From positions 1-40,694 of the forward strand of contig KE560844.1 in the NCBI GenBank assembly GCA_000442015.1: a DNA stretch of 40,694 nt, read 5' to 3'. Each line of letters begins with the position of its first letter. The stretch's first letter is position 1. Source of the stretch: Rozella allomycis CSF55. Lineage: Eukaryota. Position numbers and translations under genes: made by a program. The notes below the pieces were generated by a model. The model had not been told where the DNA came from. It saw only the letters and a program-made list of their open reading frames with translations, and searched no databases. This document shows, piece by piece, positions 1 through 10,783 of the stretch.

Positions 1-2847
1 ATTTAATTGCTGCTTCTCTAACTCCATGCTTTTTGGCAAAGATCTACAACTAAAACTATGTTAAGGTTACGTTGAAAACATTCTTTGGTTTCTCTTCTAC
101 TACAGTTTTTTTAATTTTAGAGTCGAAGGATTTAAATATATCGGCAGCACTGCTTGTTTGTCTCGAATTAGGAACAGAAAAAGACAAGGCAGAACCACTG
201 GCTCTGGAATTTGATGTCTTTATTTCATTATTTGTATTGGCTGTGTTAGTAGGATGGTTTAATCTTCTTGGATTCTCTTCTTTGTTGGAATCATCAATTA
301 ATGAGAATGATCGTTTCATAAACATTGGATCTGAAGGTGCTCTGACGATAAATGAATTCTTATTAAAGAAAAGCAAAGAAAATACTTTTAATGAAGGATC
401 CTTTTGTATCTTAAAAAAATTTACAAGTTGCGTTTGTGCTAATCCAAAACTATTAAAAACTTTAGTGAACGGTCTAATCCATTTTGAAAAATTGTTTCTT
501 GTATTATTTCTTTGGAATCTTTCATCACACAAAATGACAGCGCCATAATCATTTTTGTGACGAATGACTCTTCCTATAGCTTGATTCACAGCCCTTGATG
601 CTTGTTGGTGATACCATTCATTTCCATTTAAACACATTGCATTAGCTTTCTTTTTTACTTCTTCATCCATAAAGTTTTTTTTCAATGTAATTCTAGGGTC
701 TAACATTGGGGGATATGGAATTCCTGTAATGATAACAGCGCGGGCTTTGGCATCTGAAAAATCAATTCCCTCGGAAATCTTATAATAAGATTTATCATAA
801 TAATTTACTTTTCCTCTACAAACTCCAAAATACATTGCCCCTGTCAATTCACTTGTTTTAAAATCTATTGCTTCATAATATTCTTTCATTGACTTTGAAA
901 AGAGTAAAAATGACTTACTTCAATAAATTCATTTCTATCTTTTGGTTCAATCACAATCTTTTTGTATTGATTCATTCTACTCCAAACAGATTGTCTAGAT
1001 CCCTTTAATTACCCAAAATAAATAATCTTTTACTTTAATCTTTTTCCATTCATTACAAGCTGCTTCCATTGTAGAATAAGATGGGAAAAACACTAGAATA
1101 CCATCAGGAACAATTCTGCAAAAATTAACCAAAGAATCTCCTAAATCCAATAAATATTCTGAGTTTGTTCTATTTTGATATGACGATGATAATGGAATGC
1201 CCTTTGGCCCAACTGTCAATATACCAACATACAATTGTTCAGGTGGAATCACATGTGGATTTTCTAACACTTGTCCGAATTCCCTGCATTATAATCATAA
1301 ATATATTTTACAAAAGAAAATCTGAAGCAAAAGATTTGATTGGTGATAAAGTTCCACTGGTAAGAATCAAATTTCTAACTCCTTCTTCAAGTAAATCTTT
1401 CAATGCCATTCCTGGACAGAAACACCACAAATTTAATGATTTAGCTTTATCTAATTCAATTAGTTGACACCAAATTACTTCCTTTCATTCCTTTCTTTGT
1501 TACTTGTTCTGTAACTTGTATATGCGTTCGATAATATCTTTGAATATTCTCCATGTGTTTCACTTGTGTTCCAGTTGCTGACGCATAAAGGATCTTCAAT
1601 GCTTCTTCAAACTCTCTTAAACTAGCTTTCTTCTCAATGTTATGGTCAAATGCATCTTTATTCAACATTTAAAATCAAATTACATTGTTCCAAAATCTCA
1701 CATGCATTTCCAACAAGTGGTAATAGATGAGTAGCCACTTGTAGATCTATACCGCACTGTGTGAAAAATGTATAGATAAAGGATCCAGATTCTGATCGAC
1801 CTTTTGATGTGTCTTGGATCGGCATATCCATCAACTTCCTTTCCATAGTAGTCAACAAGGATCGCATTAAAGAAATATCTTCATCCGCTATACTTTGATC
1901 CTCATTATTATTCTTTTTCTTTTTGAAAAAATCTTTCTCTATCGATTTTTTACCATTTGAATATTGCTTTATAGCTCTACTTAAAATATTCATTTCATCA
2001 ATCGCCAACCCCAAATCAACACTGGTGAGTTCAAACGATTTACTTTCACTACAAAAATTTTCCAAATTATGAGCTTCATCAAATATTATTATAGAATCTT
2101 TAACATCAACCTTTTGAAATGTTCTTGCATCTCGATCAATCAAATAATTGTAAGGGACAACTAAAAAATCACTATTATCTTGATCACATCTAGACAAATA
2201 ATATGGGCAGGCATGATTCTCAAGTGATAACGAAGCTATTTCTTCTATATCCATCACTGTCCCTTTAAACTTTGACTCGCAAGCGCTCATGTTCTTATGA
2301 AACTCGCAATTTCCCTTTCTTGCAAGCTTTCTACAAACAGCCGTCTTTGCAGTATTAGTCGATACTTTTTGCACATCAGGATGAAGACACATATGATCTC
2401 TAGAGGCCAGCGTTGTTACTTTCGGACTAGAAATCGCAAATGATTATACTTACTTGTATTTCGACTTTTTCAACTCTTTCACCACCTGTGATAACTGTGA
2501 ATGTGTTCTTGATGCAAATATAATTTTCGGCAGTCGCACTCTAACCTCGTCCGAATCTCCATCCGGCATTCTATCGCCCATATCCTTCATGACATTCTTG
2601 AATTCATGTGCCCTCCAGGCAAGAGTAGCACAAAGCAGACACAATGTTTTACCAGTTCCTGCAACAAAATATTTTTTTGCTGTTACCTGTTGGTGATTCC
2701 AAAAGTGCATGTTCGCGCTAATTTTTTAAATAGAATAATCAATACCTGTTGCAAAGATGCGATCACTTTTTCCATAAATACTAACTGGCAGTCATATGCT
2801 TCGTATGGGAAGTCAACGTCGATCCCTCTGATCTTGTACGTCGGCAT
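1..2847 (-). CDS. RTEL1: Regulator of telomere elongation helicase 1 (XPD/DinG-family Fe-S helicase); 3' end runs off the window
   Basis: The spliced reading gives [29 protein letters not shown] (Walker A), [37 protein letters not shown] and [19 protein letters not shown]. About 10 GT-AG introns of 26-31 nt (e.g. 2718-2745, 2659-2686, 2427-2453, 1656-1683, 1451-1478, 1284-1311, 1003-1033, 893-918, 779-808). FANCJ is the less likely paralog. Confidence 0.88.
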
Positions 2848-2945
2848 TCCTGAAAAATACAAAACGTAAAGGGCGGCATCTTGTGTTGCGACAGATACGT
2901 TATACATTATTGGAATCTCAGAGCAGAGGACAGAATATTAATTTA

Positions 2946-4314
2946 TTAAATATTTGCAACTTTAGGAATCAAAATTTTATAAAAGTCGATCCCTTCAAAG
3001 AAAACAGCCTCATTAATGAACTCATTGTAGTCATGTAAAAGAATAGGCGTATTTCGCATGGGAGATACATTGTAAGCGAGAATTCCCTTTCGTCTAACAA
3101 ATCTGGAATCGGTCGCCCCGCGAAATATGTCCAACTCATATTCAATACCCATCTCCTTGAAAGTTTGATCAATGCATCCAAAAAATGGACCAGTAATTGG
3201 CGAAGTAGTTCCATCCATCCATTTGTTTATAAACTCTACTTTTACGCTTTAAAAACTATATCAAACATTTACTTGTAAGGTTTTGTCCATGTCTCAACAA
3301 GTGCTTCAAAGTTCACTTTATTCACGTTTGGAGGAAGGCGAATATCAATACCTTGATTACTTTAGCATTGATTTTTTTACGTGCTTCAACTACATCTGGC
3401 ACGATGTTAGTTTGATATCCGCCATTGAGCATCGTTATATTACATGTTGGCGTCTCACCGACGCTTTTTCCATGAATGGTTGATTCTTCAATCATCCTCT
3501 TGCTGAATGTTTTAAAATGATCAAGACAATCAAGCTAGTAAAAGCAATACAATCTAAAATACCATATTTGTCATTGCACTGTTAATTATAAACTGCGAGC
3601 CATGTGCCATTTGACCGTTCGCTGTCAATTTTAACCACCAAGGAGCTCTTTCTCCATAGAAGACTGTAATAGAATTTTTTGGTGATGCTAGGCCTTCATC
3701 AAACAAAACATCGATTCCTAAATTTTTAAAAGCGCCGGTTTCTGCGAAACAACTCATGCCATCTTCCCCGCCAATTTCTTCATCTGGAACGAATTGAGTA
3801 AAATATAATACCAGGAAGAAACATAAAATGAATTGTCCTGGACATGCTTTGATTTGCTTTCTTTAGAATTCTGATCGCTTCGTAAGACCTAGTAATATTA
3901 ATTGATATGTTGGCTACATCATGCCAATTGATTTCATATCCTGCGCCCCTCGGGCAACAATGTCACCATTTTCAAATTTTTTAGCTTCAAATGGTCCTGA
4001 TTTCCACTTTTTAATGTCGCCCACAGGTACAACGTCCATATGACAGGAGAATGCGATTGCGCCTTTGTTCGAATCAGTACCTGGTAGTGTAGCAACAAAA
4101 ACTGGTTTGTTATTCTTGTTAAATACTCTTTTCAATAATACCTGAATTCTGAAAATTTGAAAGGAAACTTGAATATCATGAAATATCTATGACTAGCATA
4201 ATTATTGTTTACTTTTGTTAGAAATTCTATGCATGATTCATAGTTTGGATCTGGGTGAGAGGTGTTGATTCTTAAAAATTGCTGCAATCTATGAATCGAA
4301 TCAGCCTCTGTCAT
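2946..4314 (-). CDS. ACY1: Aminoacylase-1 (M20 family)
   Basis: LQQFLRINTSHPDPNY, SCHMDVVP, ARGAQDMKSIG, PDEEIGGEDGM, DEGLAS, FYGERAPWW, GATDSRFVR, TPILLHDYNEF; 7 short introns. Confidence 0.92.
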
Positions 4315-4331
4315 TTTAGAAATTTCCAAAG

Positions 4332-6553
4332 ATGGGTGTCACACTGACTCCACCGTTCGTGCAGCAGTTGGCAGTGTTTGCATTGTACGAAGACTGGAAA
4401 AATTGTGAGTCCTTACTGGACAAAGTTCCTGAAATCGAAAGAAATGTTTCATTTCGACTGACATTGAAATCATCGTCAACGACACTGACCCAGCACTTGA
4501 TCTCTTGTGGGGTTTCCAATAAAATCATAAGTATATTAGAAAAATACCACATAAATGTATTGAATCGTGATGAAAACGGAAACTCATGTCTGCACACGGC
4601 TGCCAAACTAAACGCTATCGACTGGTTGGACATGCTCTGCGAAAAGTATCCAGACATGATTAATGATAACGCTAATGCAAATAGTTGGACTCCTTTGTTT
4701 TTTGCTGGTAACATAAACGTTTTATGTAAAGGCGATAGCAATGCAAGGGCATCGAAAATGCATCGAATTGTTATTATCGAAAAACGCAAAAGTGAATGAA
4801 GTTGATAAATCTGGATGGTCCGCGTTTGAGCATGCTCTTTATCATGGCCATAAGAACTTGTCGGATTTATTATCTCACAAATCGGAGCTTAAAGAGATAC
4901 CATCCAACAATTTAACAGTGAAGAAAATAAGCGAGGAAAAAGAAAAGAATCTCAATTGGCTTAAAAATGAAATTCTTATTAGGATTTCATTCGGATGGCA
5001 TCTAATAAGAACGTCAAAAACTCATTTCACATGGAAGGAGAAAATGTTCATGGGTCTGCCGCCGAAAGAGGTAGCAATCGCTATATCTTCAGATGATGAT
5101 ATTAAAATCGATCAACAAGACATTCTTTTAGTTGAAGGCTCGTATGAATCTATACATTTGCGAATCCCGGTCCCAGCGAATGTCGATAATTGGTGGTCAA
5201 TGATCCCTTCTATGGCCGATTCATTTTTGAAATTCAATTTCTTCTCCAATGGAAAGAAAATCGGATATTCTTTAGTCTCTTTGGCCGCACTGGTGGCGAA
5301 CCCTGTGTCTTTTCGTAACATGGGAATGTGCGACAATATTAACGAGATGACCGACTTGATTCCCAAGTTTAATTCTTTGTCTGCCACTTTTCCGACAAGT
5401 CACACCATTATCAACAATGAATCTTTACCTATTGGCCTTCTTCATCTCGAAAGTTTGATCGTATCACCATTCAGTCATCAAAATATTATGATGGATAATA
5501 TATTTTGGAAATCAATTAAAACATTTGTAGGATGAATTTATGTATTTATAATTAGGTTATTGGTCATAGAGGTGCTGGTGCTAATAATGGATTGAAACAC
5601 CCTTCCGTCGGTGAAAACACTATACTTTCATTTGTCACTGCTGCATCCCTTGGAGCTGAATATGTGGAGTTTGGTACGGTCTTTTTCTAGTGTTAAATAG
5701 ATGTCCAATTAACGAAGGACTTAATACCAGTCATTTACCATGATTGGGTCATCTCGGAAACCGGTGTAGATTTAACGCTTCCCAATGCTTCGTTAAAGCA
5801 ATTCAAAGAGATAAAAAAGGTAATTCATTTATTTACAAAATAAAAGAAAATCATCGAAAGAGAAAAGAGGGAATCTAGGTTGAGAAGGTCGGCCAGTTTT
5901 GCGGCAAATGCCAGGAATGACAACAATGACGATGAAGAACCCGTACAAGCACTAAAGAAGCCCACTAGATTTGTTATTGGGGATGGATTCACAACTCTAA
6001 AAGAAACATTTCAGGTATCCAAAACATATACGCTTAACAGAAATCTCCACCAACAATTGGGTTTAACATTGAAGTGAAATATCCGACTTTAGACGAATGC
6101 GAACAATATAATTTACAGCCAGAAGAAATTAATGTATATGTCGATAAAGTTTTGGAGTGTGTGTTCGACAATGCCCAAGACCGCCAGCTTTTCTTTTCAT
6201 CGTTTCATCCAGATATATGTTATGCCCTCAGTCTCAAACAACCAATCTATCCGGTCTTTCTATTGACTGAAGCTGGCACAGGAAAGGTAATAGACCCTCG
6301 CTGCAATTCAATTTTTGCTGCTGTGGAATTCGCGCAAAAGCATAATTTACTTGGTATTGTTAGTGAATCGTCGCCTTTACTTGAAGCACCGCATTTGATT
6401 AATGCGGTAAAAGAGAATGGTTTATTGTTGTTTACATATGGAAAAATGAACAATGATGTGGTGTCTGTGAGAATACAAAAAATGCATGGGGTAGATGCTG
6501 TCATTGTAGATTCTTTAGCGAGAATTCGTAAAAGCCTGACTTCTGATTTATGA
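4332..6553 (+). CDS. GDE1: Glycerophosphocholine phosphodiesterase Gde1-like (ankyrin repeats + GDPD; no SPX domain seen)
   Basis: Ankyrin motifs (GNSCLHTAA, WTPLFFAAMQGH), VIGHRGAG, GENTILSFVTAASLGAEYVEFDVQL, GFNIEVKYP, FFSSFHPD, GVDAVIVD; introns 4708-4738, 5527-5555, 5674-5700, 5820-5846, 6015-6040. Confidence 0.9.
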
Positions 6554-6599
6554 ATGAACTTAAATAAAATATAAATTTCCTATCATTTTGTTTGTTTTA

Positions 6600-7602
6600 T
6601 TAAAGGGCTGAAGCGCCTGTAATAATATCCACAAGCTCATTTGTAATGACAGACTGGCGAGTGCGATTAAACTTCATAGTCAGGTTATCAATGATCTCAC
6701 CTTTATAATATTTAGAAAACATAATGTACCAGCATTTTTTGTAGCGTTCTCCATTGCTGTTCTTCTTGCCGACATTTCGGAGGCATGAGTCTCAATCATA
6801 GCCCAGTAAATAGAACTGGCAGTAAGAAATTGGGTGTAATCAATTACTGACTCTGGATCATCAATTTCATAGTCTGATATTTTAGCTATAATATTAGTGA
6901 CATTGTAATACCTGAATTTGCAAGGTCGGCACTAGTAAAAACAGGAAGTGTCAATGTGTCATAAGCTATAACACTCTTAAATCTATTATAAATAATGCCT
7001 AGTTTGTCATAGGAACTATTAGTCTTAAAAATGAGTTGAGTAACCAACAGAGCATCAGTGAATGTTGGAATAGTCTTTCCGATTTGATTAAAGGAGGCCA
7101 GAATATTTTTACGTGCATCTCTCGAAATTTGAGCCTTAGCTTTATCACCTAAGACTATAATTTTTGTTGATGGATGTATTTTGATTTGTTTTTTTGCCAT
7201 TTTTGAAACGGAGGAGTGAATTGCACCGCATAAGCCGCGATCCGATGAAACAACTACAAGGACTTGATTATTACTATCCTTAATTTGTTTGGAATCTATA
7301 AACGACCCAAAACCTGATTAAATATATGGCCTATCAAGATTACGCGTACAGCTTGTTCCAAAAACCCTGCCTTTTTCCATAGCTTTTTGGGCTCTAGATA
7401 ACTTTGTGGATGCAATCATCTTCATTGACTGGGTGATTTTTGATATATTTTTAATGGATTTAAGGCGCATTGAAACTAGTGTGGACATATATATTAAAAT
7501 GTACTATCTTTCAAGGTTGCAAAACCACGCACACCGTATACCCTGTTATGATCCATGAATGTACATTAATTACTTCGATGATACTATAGGAGAAATGAGC
7601 AT
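6600..7602 (-). CDS. ATP3: Mitochondrial F1 ATP synthase gamma subunit
   Basis: Spliced: [98 protein letters not shown]; 5 introns. Confidence 0.96.
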
Positions 7603-7619
7603 GGTTTGTACCCTGGTCA

Positions 7620-8559
7620 ATGGGAATTAGCCAAACAGAAAAAGATTTTATTAAAAAAGGTGTTCTCTCCGATATTCGCACTGATGGTAGGACGCGAAAA
7701 AAGGCAAGAGAATTTAATGTTGACATAAATCCTCTGCCTCAGGCATCTGGAAGTGCGAGAGTGATGATGGACATGACCGATATTGTAGTGGGAGTAAAAA
7801 TAGACTTGTCATCTCCAAAAATTGATTCTCCAAATCAAGGATACGTATCCGTCAGCGTTGACTGGTATATCTTTTAGGTTTATAGAATAGTGCATCTTCA
7901 GCCTTCGAAACATTAGATCCTTCATATGATCCCCAAAATATTTCTACAGATCTTTCCAGATATTTAACTAATATTCTCATGACTAAAGAATGCATAAATT
8001 TAAAAAAGCTTTGCATAATTCCTCGTCAACAATGCTGGGTTCTTTACGTTGATGTCTTGTTGTTAAGTTATGGGGGAAATATTCATGATTCTGCCCTGTT
8101 AGCTTTGAGATATTCTTTGGAAAACGCTAAAATACCTTCAGTAAAATTTGGAGATGATGGAATGGCTTTTGAAATATCAAACGACATAGATTCGTATGAG
8201 TCAATTGAAATAGATGGTGTTCCCCTCTCCTTCACTTTTGCTCAAGTAACAAGTGGACGAATTTTGATATAGATTGGCGATGGAATTGTAATTGATCCAT
8301 CTGTGGCTGAAGAATTAGCCGCCCAGACTTGTTTGTCCATCGCTATAAATCGCCGGAACCAGGTTGTGTATATGCAATCGAGAGGACGAGGTTCTATCAA
8401 GCATAATATTTTGCTCGACATTATGAAGGTTTTTATGTAACTTATATTTTACATTAGGCTGCACAGAATAACGCTATTGAAACCTTCAATAATTACAAAA
8501 ATACATTAGCAGAGTCCAAAAATAGAAAATCTGTTGGATTTTTGGCAGTTGGTGTATAA
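7620..8559 (+). CDS. RRP42: Exosome complex component Rrp42 (EXOSC7)
   Basis: MGISQTEKDFIKKGV..RTDGR, PQASGSARV, LCIIPRQQCWVLYVDVLLLSYGGNIHD, IDPSVAEE; 3 introns. Confidence 0.92.
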
Positions 8560-8565
8560 ATTTTA

Positions 8566-10677
8566 TTAATTCCAGAGTTGTATTGTTCCTTCCGATCCCC
8601 CAGTCGCCAAAATGTCTGTTTTGATATCGATGGCAACCGACTGACACGATTTTTGTGCGCCTTTTAAAGTGTTTAGAACTTCATCTTTCTCGTAATTGTA
8701 GCTTTTTATCATAATAACTATTTTTACAGTTTGCAATCTCCATTAGCTTGAGCTAAAGCAATTGTTGTACCTCTTGCATCTAGTACAACCTTCTGAACAG
8801 AAGATGGGCCAAAATTATTTGTTTTAAGCTCTCGTGTGTTTCTTGTATCCCAGACTTTTACCACACCATCCAAATCACATGAAACAAACAATGTTCCCTA
8901 GATAGTAAAATGTATATGTTTTACCGATAGCGAAAACGACCCATGAACTACCGCATTCATATGCCCATACAATGATTGAGTACAAATGCCAGTTCTTGCA
9001 TCCCATTGTGAGATTGTTCGATCTCCTGAGCAACTCCATAGAAGGTTTGTGTAAGGCTTGAATGTGACAAAATTTACACTATCAGCGTGGCCCCGAAAAG
9101 TTAGTTTTGATTTACCACTAATATATTTCTACGTGATGCTTTACGTTCTTAAATCAAACAGGCGGGCAGTTTGATCCATAGAGCCAGAAGCAAGAAAATC
9201 ACCTAAGTCGTGAAATGCACAAGTCCAGACAGGTTGTGTATGATCTTTTAATTGCCTGACAGTTTGCCCATTATCAATGTTCCAAAGGCGAATCGTGCCA
9301 TCACCCGAACTAGTGGCAATCAAATTTTCTCTTCTCTTATGGGCATTAAAGAAATTACTTTGGATGAAAGTCGGAGTCCGCTACCCAATCCTTATGACCA
9401 TTTCCTGTTCTAATATGCTCCCCACTTGGTACGCTCCAAAGTTTCCATGTTCGGTCATCGGATGTAGACAAAAGCAAATTTTTGCTAGGAGAAAATTTAA
9501 GTCATTTATTAGATTTGGATATAATTTACGAGCTTACAGCCATAGAATGCGCTTTAATGCTAAGACCAGCCTTGTAGCTTAGTGCTTTACTTGAGAGTGA
9601 AGTCAATTTTTCACTGTTTTCTGCAAAAGGATTATTTCTATCTTCATTGGGTAGATAGTTTCCTAATGCTTTATTTGAGCTTAGTTGAACAGATTTTCTA
9701 CCATCATCATTATTTCTGGCAATGTTATCTTTGATGGCATATTTAAACCCATACTTTTAACTTTTTCTTCTATCTTGTTAACTCTGTAGAGCTACGTTTA
9801 TGTGAATAAAGTCTAGTACACTTCCGCTTTTTTCGTCTATCATTTTGTCTCTTTCTAAAGTTATCATAGTCTTTTCTTTCATCAATAATTCATATTTTTG
9901 TTGCCAATGCTTTAAAGTAGGCTCTATTTGCTCTAATTTGTTAGCTAATTTTTTGTAATCGCTCAATAATCGGTTCTTTTCTTGAGCGATTCTCTTGTGG
10001 TGTAATCTGTGGAAGTCTCTTTCTTTTTTAATTTTATAAAAAGTGGATTTGATGTTTCTTTTTTAAATTTACAGGAAAATTACGCGATGCTAGATTTATA
10101 AGCCTGAATTTCTTCTTGCGCTTTATGGAGTTCGGCATTCAAAACAATGTTTTGACTTTGTAAGTCATCTACTTCGGGAAGATCATTCTTTGAGATTTGA
10201 CCTGTTTGAATTTTTTCAAACCATTCGTTCTATCACTGCCTATTTTCAGAATTACTTGAAAAGCATCCAATGAGTTTTCAAGCTCATACTGTATGAAAAA
10301 ATTGCGGATAAAGTCATCCAATGTCTCAGTATATCTCTTAATTTCCGAGGATGCAAAGTTATTTTTTTGGCATCCATCAGACTGAACTTGCTGATCCATA
10401 AAGTTCTTTTGGTGCAACATTTGGACAACCTTATCAAGACTTTCCTCCTCTTCTTCGATATCAGACATGTCTACATCATCAAGTGGAATTTCATGATATT
10501 CGATCTCTTCATCATCTGCGATGTGTAATTCTTTTGTTAAAAGCTCAATTTCTATATGTGCCTTCTAAGACAGTTACTAAGATTAAGGTCCTCACGTTGA
10601 TCCTCGAAAGCCATATCATTATCTAAAAGATAGTTAGAGCTTCTTCTTCTGGAAGATGAACTAGAAACTGCTGCCAT
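8566..10677 (-). CDS. SPAG16: Flagellar central-apparatus WD40 protein SPAG16/PF20
   Basis: DDFIRNFF...LDAFQNEWFE, KKERDFHRLHHKRIAQEKNRL, and seven-blade WD40 with GHKDWVADSDFHP, DHTQPVWTCAFHDLGDFLASGSMD, FRGHADSVN; about 10 introns, one probably GT-TG. Confidence 0.9.
9503..9529 (-). other. Predicted non-canonical GT-TG intron (27 nt) in SPAG16
   Basis: gtaaattatatccaaatctaataaatg; removal gives HSMAVSSLKFSPSKNLLLSTSDDRTWKLW, a complete WD repeat. The next usable AG (45 nt) deletes LKFSPS. Confidence 0.7.
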
Positions 10678-10783
10678 TAAAGTAAAACGTAAACAAACAG
10701 CTTGATACTGGATTTTAAAGAGACGTATTAATAAAATAAAGTGAAACATGTTCGGACATATAAATATAATCCCGAAACATTGT

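Noticed and set aside
72-548. Antisense ORFs in the track (e.g. 72-548, 4316-4789, 31533-32084, 31649-32239, 32446-32820, 40282-40629)
   Set aside because: They are shadows of real genes on the opposite strand with no recognisable motifs.
1900-1955. Intron in the K/N-rich stretch of RTEL1 ([17 protein letters not shown])
   Set aside because: The GT..AG candidate is 35 nt and would shift the frame, while the ORF reads through without it.
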